Source: Balanoglossus misakiensis
Taxonomy: Eukaryota; Animalia; Hemichordata
NCBI GenBank assembly: GCA_040954595.2
Contig: CM082584.2
Location: 6,591,919 to 6,655,918, forward strand
DNA length: 64,000 bases
Direction of reading: 5' to 3'
The notes under the pieces are model-generated. The model was not told the origin of the DNA and searched no databases. It saw only the letters and a list, made by a program, of their open reading frames with translations. The position numbers and the translations under genes were made by a program. This document shows, in pieces, positions 41,001 through 52,851 of this stretch (its first letter is position 1; each line of letters starts with the position of its first letter).

Positions 41001-44000
41001 AACGGACAGCTGGCTGGCCATCTTGTCTGAGCAAAATGATGACTTACCTTCGTTAGACACTGAAATGTCGGAACTTTGAATAAATCTGCTACCATTTTCT
41101 CGCAAGTCCAGTTAATTGATTGGTGGTTGGGCCATGCTGCCTGAAAGGGAACAAGTCTAAACTTAGTATATCAGCACAAAATCCGTCGCAAAATAGATTG
41201 GATGTCGGTCATAAAAAATCTTCAACAAACAAGCAATTTACACAACACTTCAAGTATTGATCATGCATATTTGCCTGAGAAAATGACAATGGTGGTCTGG
41301 TTTGCACCCTTTCCTAATTACATTATGCGCCATAATATGAAATGATTAAACAATTAAATTCTAAGTCCTACTTTTAGAATATCTTCCGGTCTCTTATCGT
41401 CGATCAGTTCTTCGGTGAGCTGTTTAAACCACTGCATGTGATAGGTGAGCGAGGAACTCGCTATGCGGCACTGAAGAAGGACGTTCTCCTCGGCCATGGC
41501 TGTCTGGTTTACCAGGACTTGGTTCTGTAGCTGTGGTCCGGTTCTGGCTGTGAGCGAGACATCATTGAAAGATTAATTCATATAATATGCATGTGTCAAG
41601 TACATGTGTCTCAAAGTCTGCCATAATAGACATGAAATATTGTACCTTTTTAAAGTTTAAGAAACATTAAATATCATTTCATTGCTGACAAATTCAATAT
41701 ATAGTCTGTGGGCAGGGCAGGGCAGGGCAGGGTGAGATTGGGCATACTGTAATATATATATAAACAAAACAAAATATTTTCAAATAGCTAGGAGTTACAG
41801 ATAGTAACCCTTTAATGAATTATTTTTTTCTTTCTCATTCATTGAACCTTTGACGTCATCCCTGATCAAGCATGTAAAGAAACACTGAGGCAATACAAAG
41901 TTGCGAGCTCTTCAGACGAAATGTGAATTTCCAACCGCTAGCTTTCTTAGTCACGCACGCATATGACACACGTGTGGAAGTCGACCAGAGCAGAATTCCT
42001 AACAGAATGAACAAATAGACTAAAAGGGTGATTATAAACCCTGTCATCTTTGGCTGCAGAGTTCAGAGCTCATTTAAAACAATCGCGGTAGATAACAATA
42101 TACCTAACTGCTCGGCGAGTTGTGGTTAACGATTCATGAAAAATGTAATCGCCAGAATAGACAAGAAATAACAATTTTTATCGTACAGTAAAAATGAATG
42201 CTCACAATTATTGCTGTGGTTGTAAATGGAATGAGAGAGAGACAAATTTAAAATTACTCTATCACGATCTATAAACACATTTGTTATCAGAATGAACATG
42301 ATCACAGAATGAGGTTCATTTTTCATTTTGGTAAATTAATATTCATAACATTGCCAATGAATATTCATGACCACTTGCATCAGAAGTGTCATATTTATTT
42401 ATACACATGTTTCAATCACACACTGGTCAATTTCTGTCTGAAATCAGCTCTCTCTTTCCCCTAGCCTATTATTTGATATGCATAATATTATTATACAGAT
42501 GATGATAAAGCTATCTTTATTATTGATTTGCTAAAACTTTATTATCAAAATACATTGCTATTGGTATGTTATTAAATGGCGGAATCATGTCCCATGCATG
42601 GCTTAATTGGGCTGAATATACATGCGTGGAGAGACCTAAAAAAACTGGACTCAATGACTACAAGACTTACGTAGCGGGACAACATCAACTTCAATGGTGT
42701 AATTCAGGTGTCCATATTCATTGCTGACAATGCAAGTGTAGAAACCACCATCATAGATGTGAAGTTTGGTTATAACGAGAGTCCATTTCTTCAGTTGATA
42801 CTGAAAAACAAACAAACATGTGCAACGTATGTATCAATCACTTATCAATTAATCAATCACTTATCAATCAATTAATCAATCAATCAAATCAATTAATCAT
42901 ATCAAGTCTGGATTCTGGTCTTTGGTTGTTTATGTTCAGAAGCTGCAATCGATGTAACATTGTGAACCCAAAGAATATAAATTGTGTTGATAACCGTCCC
43001 AACAACAGGAAAGCAGAGATTACAACAGATACCGATTTCACCCCAGGCACGATAAAGTGGACCCAGAAACCAAGAAAGATAAAAAATACTAAGCAAAACA
43101 ACCTAAGTGTTGTGCAAGTATGATTGATATTTAGACTGCTTGTACCAGTATAAGAAACAACACACGTGTGTTCTCAATTTTGACATTCAGTTGAGCCCTC
43201 GAGTCACTGATTAAAAAAGCGAGTTTTGTTTTTTGTGGATAAATCGCGGCCTAGTCTGGCAAATTAGACAGCCTTGGGTATACTGGCTGTTTGATCATTT
43301 CTCAGTTCACCAGTCGCTTCTCTATAAAATTGGATACGACAGCTATTATGACCTCTGACCTCTTTGACTCCAATGAGGTACATGTACATGTATTGATATA
43401 CCAGACTCTCTTTCATCCCATGTTGCAAACTTATAAAAATAGCACCTATGACAGTGATGTACAACCACCATTAAAATAATTTGTGACTGTAGAAACACTC
43501 CGATGAATGAAATATTTGCGGATAAAATGTGATACTCTTCCAGTTTGTTGCAAATTACTAGTAAGTGAAAGTGATAAATCTGCCAATATTGTCATGACCC
43601 ATGATGACGATACCTCTTTCACTCTCTCTCTCTCTCCTGACAACGTAAACAGATTAATAATATCTTCATTTATTGACTCTGAAAGGATGCTTTCAAATTT
43701 GATTATGGAATGAAAACGTCATTTTTGGTTTAAAGATGGTTTCATATCACAAAGTCAGTGAGTTATAACATCTACTGGCAATCTAATGACAAAAGTTTCA
43801 ATTTTAATGATTGTACATGTATTTAAGATACAGTAAACTGGGAAATTTTTTGCGACAGGAAATTTTCACGATATCAAAAGCGGGAACTGTCACACAATGA
43901 TTAATTTTCACATTCTCATATTTCTCTGCATTGTAAGCACCGAAAAACACTTACGCAACTTTTTATTTTAGCGTTTTTTTTTCTTCTGCTCTTGCGAAAA

Positions 44001-47000
44001 TTAATCGTTCGCGAAAATTTCCCGTTTTACGGTAGTGCATAAATTGAAACACAGCAGTTTGCTCTGAAACAATTCTGGTCGATGTTCTCTACGGACCTGC
44101 AGACTGAACGCTTATCTCTCACCAAGCCACACCCACATAATTTGCGCCGCAGAGCATATGTACTGCGCATCGTTCGCTCACACGGGTCTCTGGATCGACC
44201 GCGGCGAAGATGGTGTTCCGATACCACACTGCTGCAGATCTCTGCTACAGTGGTGGTCAGGGTATCACGGCTGATGCAGTCGCGACTTGTGCCCACATTA
44301 CAGAACAACAGACCCGGTTACATTTCACTGCCAGACTGCCTGTCACCACAGACACATGTTTACAGTATATACAAACCATGTGAAGAAGACACCAATCCCC
44401 CTATCTGGCATCCATTTCTCCCTGGGGTGCCAATTGTTTTAATTATAGCCACACACCAATTATATCCACTGTAACATGTTCATTACCTATCACTATCAGC
44501 TCAAATTATCTTGACCTGATATGCCTAGCCTACTTACAAGAATATTATCTTCCAGCTCAGTTGTGTATGAGCTAATGATTAAAGGGACAGAGTCTCTCTC
44601 TCGCTGTCCTTTTTCCATTAATTATGTTTGAAACAATACACCGTTTATGTTAATGTACATGTGTATATGTAGTGAATGAACGTTCGACCACGCACAACTT
44701 CCATCCCGTTTTGTAGGATATGAGAGTAAAAATCTCGCCAAAATGAATAAACGGTAGAGACTGATTATTAATTTTGGCGAGATTTTCAAGCTCGTGTCTA
44801 CAAGTTGGATGGAAGTTGTGTGTGGTTGAACGTTGATTCACTATATATGCCACATGTAGAATATCAAACATAATTAATGAAAAAAGGGCAGCAAGAGAGA
44901 GAGACTTTGTCCCTTTAATGCAGACCAACCGACATAAATTATCTCTCTCTCCCCCTCCCCTCCCCTCCCCACCCCCTCTTTTCATTTGGCGGAGATTCCC
45001 ACCTAACACTGCAATGCCTGCGTTCGCTCAATTTGATGACAGTCCAATGTGACTCGTAATTAAACCTGCAACAACAAAAACATAATTTGTCAACCATTGT
45101 CGCCAATAAACGGTCCATCAACGCAGTACAATAGGAGACCACCATTTTACCTGGGAAGTCAACAAACAAACAAACGGATCACATGGCAACCTTGAGTTCT
45201 GTTGTCACGCCAGGTCTCTGACCGTGACAACACAATTTGGTATTGTGTGTGTATCAACTCCCTGGCTTGTTGCCATGATCTTTTTATTTGAGTAGCGATA
45301 AGTTGAGGTTTTTATTTTTTGCAGTCTTGCAGCTGTGAGAACATATTTTGCAGTTTTGTGATTTGCATGTAGGAACAATAAAGACAGTCTTTAACCGAGG
45401 TAGTTTTTGTACAATGTTAAAATCTTTTTTTTATAAACCAGAAATTGAAAGTGATATGGAACGTACACCCTTTATCAAGAAATTAAATTTTCTAGACGTT
45501 ACAAAATTTTATGCACAAAAAATTCATTACATTATGTGTAACATGCACATACTTGTACATCTTACATCCATATGTTTTATATAAACATTTGTTTCTAGTT
45601 CATTCAATTTGTGAGATATAATCTTGTTGAACCACTTCAGATAACAAATTTCTTCTATGGTATTATGATACACTGTCCACCAGAAAAAAATTGTTCAACA
45701 TAAAAACATGGGCATGGGCATTTGAAGAGGGGGGGGGGGGGGGAATTCCTATATACTCAGGGCTAAATGTCATATTGTATGTGTGAGTAAAAGTACATCG
45801 CCAATTCAAGCACAGGCCCTTTATTGCAATGGTTATTGGAGCAGAAATAAAGATCTGATTCGACAGAATGATGGAATACCATTCAAAGAATATCACAGAA
45901 AATTGGAAGATATAAGTGAGGCCGAGAAATTTCAGAGAGTTGCAGCTCACGGACTCCCGATGTGACATTAGACAAATCAAACGGTGCCACTCAGGCCATC
46001 GGGAAATCAATTTTCATGCAAAACGCCGGAATTCTCTATCTCTCCCGCTTTTCAGGCTTCCTGGAATATTCATCGGAATGTCTTCGGAACTGACAATGAA
46101 AGATGGGATGACAATTAAGACGCCTAATTGAATGGCCTCTCGGAATGGGGTCGTCCTCACCTTGCAATCCCAGACTGACGTACTTCTACTTTGCGAGACA
46201 TAAATTTCACTCGAGACGAGATAGTGCTCTCTGCAGAATATAAATAACACTAAAAACCGCAGAAACGTCTTGTAAATAGACAAACAATTACGGTATAATA
46301 CTAAAGTCACCACAGCTGATGAATTCGCTTTTCAAGATGTCGGCCCTGCATGGCAGGTATGTCTGTGTGGCTCACTGAAGCAGAGTATTAAGAAAATGGA
46401 CAGAGTTTTCGATACAAGTTATTTCACATCTCAGCAATGACTGCCTTTGTGAAAAATATTATCAAAATTTTGTCAGAAATAATTAGATGTAACAAGTTAT
46501 GGCTGTAGATCACCAAACGATAAGCTATGTAATTTGAAATAAGTCTTAAAACAAAATTTACAATAGAAACATGGTTAAGAGCAACATCTTACCGTACATG
46601 TATAACTTTTTTTCAAAACACCTTTTTAATATGAACCTGAATGTGAATATTATATATCTGAAATTCTCTCTCAGAGTTTTATCTTCATCATCATAATTTA
46701 TTATATCTGCTTCGATCGAATCGACAGGAATGAAATCCTACAAGGGTGTAATAGCAGATGCTGTCAATAATCTATCTATGATTTTAAATTCAGGAAATCT
46801 AATAATTATCATCTGGAATGATCATTACTGACAGCCACGCTAGCTTTGATCCAAATAACTGTACAGCGTTTTTTCCCAGGACCCATCGGATGACCTTCGG
46901 GAAAAAGCATTAAAGTTTTATGTGTCAAGGATGACTATCAGAAGATGCAAATGAGGACGTGAAATTCTCACGATGCCTAGATTTTGATTATCTTCAGACA

Positions 47001-50000
47001 TTGGACAATTATTGGTGAAATAACGCATAATCATCATATTCATGTAAAGGCGAGAATCTTATTCTCATTGGTTTGAATTTACACTTAATATAATCTGTCT
47101 GTATATTGCCAGCTGAAAAAGTATTGTAACTGCGTTTTTATTTAATACGTTCTATTATAACTGTTGTTCTGATCATTTTTTTCTATTCTATGTATGTATG
47201 TATTCTATCATATTGTCTATTAATATGCATAGGAAAAAATCTATCCACATTATAAATGAGAGTGCTAATTTTTCCATGGAAAAACACAGTCATCCACATT
47301 TTCCAGTAGACTTTGTGAACACAACGTGGTCCTTTGATTCACTGAGTGAAATATTCCAAGTGGCAAAGGCAGTCTCAACACTACATAAATCACACTTGCC
47401 CTACAGGATTCCGAGATACAAGGTATGTCTGTCTGTCTGTCTGACGAGAGTTTGATTGCTAACATCTGCAGAAAGTGGCCGGCCGGTTCACAGAGAAGAT
47501 CGCACGAATGGAAGGTCTTCCTAGATTCGGCGCATACAGAGGGGGATATGGATTGTTAGATCTTAGCAAACCAATCGTAAACACGGTTTCAAAATAACCA
47601 GAAAGTGCGACCAGACCACCAGTCACTTGGCAATACGTCCAACGTGTTTTTATATGTCTCAATAAAGATTCTTGACTAATTTAGTTGGTGCCAACAACTG
47701 TTTATCTTCTGCTTCAAGAATGTTCATCCATCTTTCACTATGCTCAAGGCTTATACTGATGATCACATCAGCTTAATTATGCATGCAAATCTGAACATGT
47801 GTACTCCACCGAAAAAGTGCGCCCTCACATGGTCATTCGAACACTTAGACATGCCCTTTCGACCATATATAGACATATGTAAATTAGAGGTGACTCTTCC
47901 GGTATACGGTTACCTTAACAATAGACAGCCTGTACAAACAATTAATTAACTGACAATTAAGCTAATACTAAGGCTCAGCACTTTCTACATGAAATTGGTA
48001 GCAGAACAAGATACACAAAGAAAGAAAAAATTGAAACGGTATCCTCAGTTACAGCCATATTGTCCATTTATCAGTGACATTGCAAGACATCCCATTTAAC
48101 ACTGTGATCAATCTTACAACTGCATGTATGACAAAAATTAGCATAGCTATCACCAGACGACATTTTGCAATCAGGGAAGCTACTGAGATAATCTTGTGTC
48201 CATGATTTCAATACATGTTTGGTGATTGCCTTTCTCTGTTCAGATCGGAAAGATTATTCAAGACCGCCTCGGCTCTGTGAAATCAGTCAGACGGGATTTT
48301 CTGGTACGGGTCTTTTTAGAGTGCATATATATTCCACTGTCTACTTGCGTAATACCCTAGCCACTGCCAGAGTAACAGGTCTATTAATTCATACTTAAGA
48401 TCACAGTACGTCTGATATATTGATCTGTGAAACATTTAATAACACTTCTGATCGCGATACAAATGGTACGTTCATCGGTGTGTGTCCTCAGTTGGCGTAA
48501 CTTCAATATTTCACGCCGCTGCGGCAGTTATTTATTTTTTTATTCGCACTGGGAAAGGATAATGCTATCCCACAATGCATCAGCCAGACAGAAGAAATTG
48601 GCCATAGTACATGTACCTGCCACATCGCTTGCATTTCTCTCGTTGTTGCACGGACAGAAGAAACTTGGGAAAACACAGCCTGGGGGAGAATGTCAGGTTT
48701 CAATTTACCGGCTGATGCACACAGACAAGTTGCAAATATACTCAGAGAAAACTCGCCTTTGAATGCAATGTTATACGGTTGGGCATGATCTTACGCCTTG
48801 AATCAAAGTGCCAGATTTGCCTGTTGCGATTTTGAAATATCTTTTTCAAAATTAAACCAATAAACGTGTGGAGTATATACTGTTTTTCCTTCAATTTATG
48901 CTCATGCAGTTTAATATTTTCACATTTGCAGGTTGGCCATCAAACTTTTTTGGCGGTATGTTGCCAAGATTTTCTGATCTATAATGATAAATCCAAGGGT
49001 AAGTTAACAAAATCAGGATATACTTGCAGCTGCTTTAAATCTCGTGTGGAGCTTAATTGAAGGATTGTATGGTATACGTGCGATATATACTCCCAGACCG
49101 ATATTGTATCTTTCACTTGGAAAAAAAACTAGGGCTAACTGAAAACGCACCACGAAACGACTGACCAGGTCAGTCAATCAACACATGAAGCCAGCGTAGC
49201 TATTGATAGTGTCACATCGCTGATTTTAAAGTTCAGAGGAGATGACATGGAAAATTGATCTTTATTGCAGATCTGCTGAGCTGTGTCAACTCTTGCAACG
49301 TCTGTTGATGTGATTATGTGGCACGGAACACTACAAAACAAGCTGTAGCAAGGAAACAAATATCTACAGAAGGTAATGATCTGTCTGCCTTCAAGTCTAA
49401 TGCTTGAAATTTATCCCAGTTTGATGGTTGAAGCAACAATGAGTGTCCTATTTGCTTTTACTGCTAGCTTTTGGATTTTATACCCTACTGTAGCTCAAAT
49501 CAAAATCCATATTAAAAATAATTAACTCTATTAATGTTTATAGAAATTCTATAACTTATAGAAGTCTGTTCTGTAGAATTTATCTATCATGAGAATATCT
49601 GTATAAAACTAAAAAGGATTTCAGAGTTAAAAATCACCTCACCTTTTTATTTTCAGAGTTGTCATCACTACTAACTGAGATTCGGCGTCCATCTTTGAAC
49701 CATTCGATGCCGGGAACGGGATTCCCGCCGGCCGGGCAGCGCAAACGAACTTCTTTGCCCGCCGGGAAAGCCTTGAAACTTTGCAAGTTTCCCTTTTTCA
49801 GCCAACATGGCGGCGATGGTGTGGTTTCGTCAGGTGGACACACGATTTCCTCTTCCTCGATTTCCATTTCCTCGGACGAGACGTCGGAGACGCTCTCAGC
49901 CATTTCTGAAATTAAAAAAAACAACAACATGACATTGTGCACGGCTGACCCTTTATTTCCCAATAAGTAGTACTGTCCGACAAAAGTTCTGTTATTTATA

Positions 50001-51056
50001 TCAATAGAAATGCCCATGTCAACAAACACGGGCCTTTAACAAGTAGGTAAGATCAACAGATTTCAAGCACTTAGGACACAATGAAATCAGCATCAGCAGT
50101 AAAACAATATCTGTCGATTCATGCAAAGTCTAGATCTTGAATTTTCATTTACGGAATGTTAACTTGATTTGTACAAGCAAGATGGTGTGTTTTTAAGATG
50201 CATCTAGACTAGTCGCTTGGTGATTTTTAAATCTCAATACTTTTTGTGGGACTGAGCTTGTGGTTTCGGGTAGCGTCGACCGAGCGTACGCGTTCCCTAC
50301 ACATAATGAAGCCCATAGACTTGGAGCAAGTCTAAGATGCAATCATGTCCGAACATGCTGGGCAAACACTCTACGCCCGCATCACATCCCATGAAAAGAT
50401 GCTCAATTGTACCCAGAACAAGGAGTCATTATACAGGCAGTGGGCTCTCAAATTCTCAGACAGGCTTGACTGAAATTAAACCAGCATTTCACACAGAGTT
50501 AATAGTGAGTTTGTGCACTCCTGTGAATTTCTGATCAAGTTGAGACGTTGCATGAGCAAAAATGGGCAGCCTGGAATTGACTGAAATTCTCTTTCCATCT
50601 AAATCAAATTCCGGATTCAATTTTCGTGATGCTTTTCAATTGCATACAATCCACTGATCTAACTCATGTACATGAATTTCTTTTAAGGTGGGGTCTGCTC
50701 AACAAAATTTTATCATTACCCTGATTTAATTTCCAAGGTGTGCATTTCATTATAAATCCTCTAAAAGTCCCAACCCTTTTTTTGAAAGCTTGGTGCCAAG
50801 TTAAGTCTGGATTGCACTTTATAATGATGAAAGAATTGAGGCATTTCTGTGGTGATCAACATCCATAGATGAGGTCTACAGCGGTCAATTGTCAATAAAA
50901 ATTTACAGTCAGATTCTCCAACACAAGTGAATTACCTGTATCATTTGAAATCATGGAGCTCTCATTTCCGAACACGGAGCTCTCGTTTGCAAACGCGGGG
51001 CCTGTTACCATGGTGATTGCCACAGCAACGATGATGCTAGTCTTCATCAGGAGCAT
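18832..51056 (-). CDS. FGFR: Fibroblast growth factor receptor, spliced gene (14 core coding exons, 742 aa; 773 aa with the 93-nt IgIII exon)
   Basis: Exon phases join in frame from ATG to TGA. FGFR signatures include the acid box, [68 protein letters not shown] and GRVPVKWM. Kinase exon sizes 111, 191, 123 and 106 match those recalled for vertebrate FGFRs. Confidence 0.97.
19761..19866 (-). CDS. FGFR: FGFR kinase exon: subdomain XI
   Basis: Encodes [35 protein letters not shown]; 106 nt; donor CAG|gtaaaa. Confidence 0.96.
20906..21114 (-). CDS. FGFR: FGFR kinase exon: subdomains VIII-X
   Basis: Encodes [43 protein letters not shown]...GCSTE; 209 nt. Confidence 0.98.
21520..21642 (-). CDS. 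FGFR: FGFR kinase exon: catalytic loop, DFG and activation loop
   Basis: Encodes [41 protein letters not shown]; 123 nt. Confidence 0.98.
22417..22607 (-). CDS. FGFR: FGFR kinase exon: hinge and kinase insert
   Basis: Encodes [24 protein letters not shown]...[20 protein letters not shown]; 191 nt. Confidence 0.97.
23980..24090 (-). CDS. FGFR: FGFR kinase exon: alphaC helix
   Basis: Encodes [37 protein letters not shown]; 111 nt; donor G|gtaagt. Confidence 0.97.
25436..25560 (-). CDS. FGFR: FGFR kinase exon: P-loop and AVK lysine
   Basis: Encodes [22 protein letters not shown]...CAVKMLK; 125 nt; donor G|gtaaac. Confidence 0.97.
25991..26127 (-). CDS. FGFR: FGFR exon: juxtamembrane
   Basis: Encodes [45 protein letters not shown](R). 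Sites ctttcag| and AG|gtatgt; 137 nt. Confidence 0.95.
26339..26381. repeat. 16-bp tandem repeat (tgaatattaatgagta), about 2.7 copies
   Basis: Read directly from the sequence. Confidence 0.85.
26402..26634 (-). CDS. FGFR: FGFR exon: stalk and transmembrane helix
   Basis: TM segment [23 protein letters not shown] followed by basic HRYRRK. Sites gtgtag| and CAG|gtgtgt; 233 nt, phase 1 to 0. Confidence 0.92.
27748..27880 (-). CDS. FGFR: FGFR exon: second half of IgIII (IIIb/c equivalent)
   Basis: Encodes [44 protein letters not shown]. Sites actgcag| and CAG|gtgaga; 133 nt, phase 0 to 1. Confidence 0.95.
28807..29180. repeat. Compound trinucleotide microsatellite (CAT/CGT/CAA/CAC)n, intronic
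   Basis: About 370 bp of in-register triplets; explains the low-complexity ORFs in the track. Confidence 0.97.
31181..31226. repeat. 23-bp direct tandem duplication (gcgattttaggatgacctgtacc) x2
   Basis: Read directly from the sequence. Confidence 0.9.
34434..34763. repeat. Tandem duplication of a ~188-bp unit; the second copy has an internal deletion
   Basis: atggtgcgatcatgactg.ttgcgatcgcaattaatgagctatt begins at 34434 and 34622; both copies end gaagacctcagaatt...acattc.gaagtca. Confidence 0.9.
38816..39208. mobile_element. Foldback (fully palindromic) non-autonomous DNA transposon, P/Galileo-like
   Basis: Arms 38816-39006 and 39012-39208 are near-perfect reverse complements around a 5-nt loop. 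Termini CACAGGG...CCCTGTG, with a 7-bp direct repeat CATGTAC on both sides. Confidence 0.88.
39839..39949. mobile_element. Short degenerate MITE, Kolobok-like
   Basis: ttataagccctgtgaactgcaactttt ... aaaagttgcagctcgtgggtctttaa form imperfect terminal inverted repeats with a TTAA-like flank. Confidence 0.5.
41048..41140 (-). CDS. Extra 93-nt phase 0-0 exon inside IgIII (31 aa, two Cys)
   Basis: Acceptor ttgttccctttcag and consensus donor AAG|gtaagt. Open in phase 0: [31 protein letters not shown]. Confidence 0.7.
41372..41547 (-). CDS. FGFR: FGFR exon: IgII-III linker and IgIIIa
   Basis: Encodes [43 protein letters not shown]...EDILK. Sites ctcacag| and AAA|gtagga; 176 nt, phase 1 to 0. Confidence 0.9.
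42671..42800 (-). CDS. FGFR: FGFR exon: second half of IgII
   Basis: Encodes [43 protein letters not shown] (DxGxYTC motif). Sites ttttcag| and |gtaagt; 130 nt, phase 0 to 1. Confidence 0.95.
42832..42900. repeat. Degenerate (AATC)n microsatellite
   Basis: Read directly from the sequence. Confidence 0.85.
43831..44032. mobile_element. Tc1/mariner-pogo-type MITE, about 200 bp
   Basis: TA|cagtaaactgggaaattttttgcga ... tcgcgaaaatttcccgttttacgg|TA gives imperfect TIRs flanked by TA. Confidence 0.7.
44583..44914. mobile_element. Palindromic MITE with TTAA target duplication, Kolobok-like
   Basis: TTAA|agggacagagtctctctc ... gagagagactttgtccct|TTAA. Inner arms also pair (aaaatctcgccaaaat / attttggcgagatttt). 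Confidence 0.85.
49643..49905 (-). CDS. FGFR: FGFR exon: acid box and first half of IgII
   Basis: Encodes [23 protein letters not shown]...[26 protein letters not shown]...ENKK. Sites tttcag| and AAG|gtgagg; 263 nt, phase 1 to 0. Confidence 0.95.
50936..51056 (-). CDS. FGFR: FGFR coding exon 1: signal peptide (whole exon 51098-50936, with 42 nt of 5'UTR)
   Basis: Encodes [40 protein letters not shown], a hydrophobic leader with an AFA cleavage motif and three N-glycosylation sequons. Acceptor ttttttccag, donor CAG|gtaatt. Phase 1 matches the next exon. Confidence 0.85.
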
Positions 51057-52738
51057 GTCTGCAGTTGCTTACATTTCCCAGAGGTGCACTAAAGAAATCT
51101 GGAAAAAACCAAGAGGAGAAGAAATGTTTCTTGTTATGTCCAGAATTTCTAAATAATCTTTAGTAAAACATTATAAAACAAGTGTTCTGATCCACTGAAT
51201 CACATATTTTCATTTCATTTCAAACTCAAAATGGTTCCTTCGAATGGGCTGAATGATGGGTATACATTAACATGATATCAACCTGTGATTGTGGCTGTAC
51301 ATTCAAATATAAACATTTTAAATAATAAATGGGTGCCACACCCCTTTATTCAGCTGCCCTCTGCAAGAGTACACAACCATCGTGATATGCACACATGGGT
51401 ATTAGAATCTCTACAAAATTCAAAATGTTGTCATCTGTCGACTTAGGATAAGGAGAAGATTGAAATATGTTATCGATTAAAAATATGCTAATAGTGGCAG
51501 CTATTGGGGCTTTAAAAGGTGATAACAAACTTAAGCACCAGTATCGCATGCAATGACCGGGAGAAGGAAAAATATACAGCCGAGTTTAACTGAGAAAAGG
51601 CTGGGGTTAAGGAGAAGATACGAAAGGGTCACGACACTGCAAATACGGAGGTCGCCACATACTGCTCGCGAGCCGGAATCCCACTTCAACACTCCGGAGA
51701 AAAATTGCGTAATTGCCTCACATATATCCATGGCGATAAAAAGCGTAAATCCCCACGCGTGTGAAATGCGTCTGAGTCTGGAGTGTATCCTGAACGCAAG
51801 CACTGCCTATCTCAAGGATTAGGAATTCTGAACAGTCTGTATCGATTTTTCTGCGTGGAGAGTGTTGATACCTTAATAGCGAAGCCTTGATCCACGAGCC
51901 ATTTCCCTCCTCTACGCTCGGCACGTCTGCCCAAAAAATCCTAACGTCATTATTTTTCATTTGAAACAGGAAACTGGCTTTCTGTCTTTAATTCTCCCCT
52001 AATTTGTATTGAATGATTTTACGTACAGAAAAAGTACCGAGTTTAAGTTCTGAAAGAAAAAAAAAACAGACTCGAAAATCTGCAATTTTCACTGCACATA
52101 ATAATAAATTAAGGTTGCAATAACATGCTTAAACCAAAGTGGTTTATTTGTCAAAATTCCTGTGGTCATCCCTCGTAGACAGCTAGACCACTTATCCAAG
52201 CCAGCTATTTGACATTACCGATTAGACACACAGCCAATGAGCAAAGCCAGATATTTCTCTGGTTACAAACGTCAATAAATTATACCCCCCTCCTCATACA
52301 ACTTGACATCAATGTGTCTCTCTTACAAGTGGCCACAGAACTAATTTCCCACCATTACGATTGACCTTTCGGCGATCAAGTTGATACAAATAACTTCTGC
52401 AGTGCTCCATAAACAAGTTTTAAGTACATTTTCTGCCTGATAGGCAGAGCTCGGCCCTGAAGCGAGTCAATTATTTCATTTGCAGGGATCACTTTTTTTT
52501 TTCAAGTGAGGGGATCAATTCACACACAATGACACAACAACACAATGGAAGGGTGAAAAGCACTTATAAAATATACATAATTGGTGTGTTGTGATAACTA
52601 AAGAATAATGCAGCAGTAGTATAGAAAAAAATAGGAGATATCAAACGACTTTGGAAATACTAACTAAGCAACAAAAAATAGCAGAAAAGCTCAACCATAT
52701 TGCTCTAAATACCTCCATCACATTTGCAGCCACAGACC

Positions 52739-52851
52739 TTAACCCTTCCACCCCTGCCAGCCTCTGTTAAGGTCCAACTCGACCAAGAGGTTTCGAACTA
52801 AAACCATAGATCACTATGGATTTGGCCCAAACCATGGTGGGAAAGGGTTAT
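52739..52851. mobile_element. Possible piggyBac-type MITE remnant
   Basis: ttaa-cccttccacc ... ggtgggaaaggg-ttat gives short TIRs with one mutated TTAA. Confidence 0.5.
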
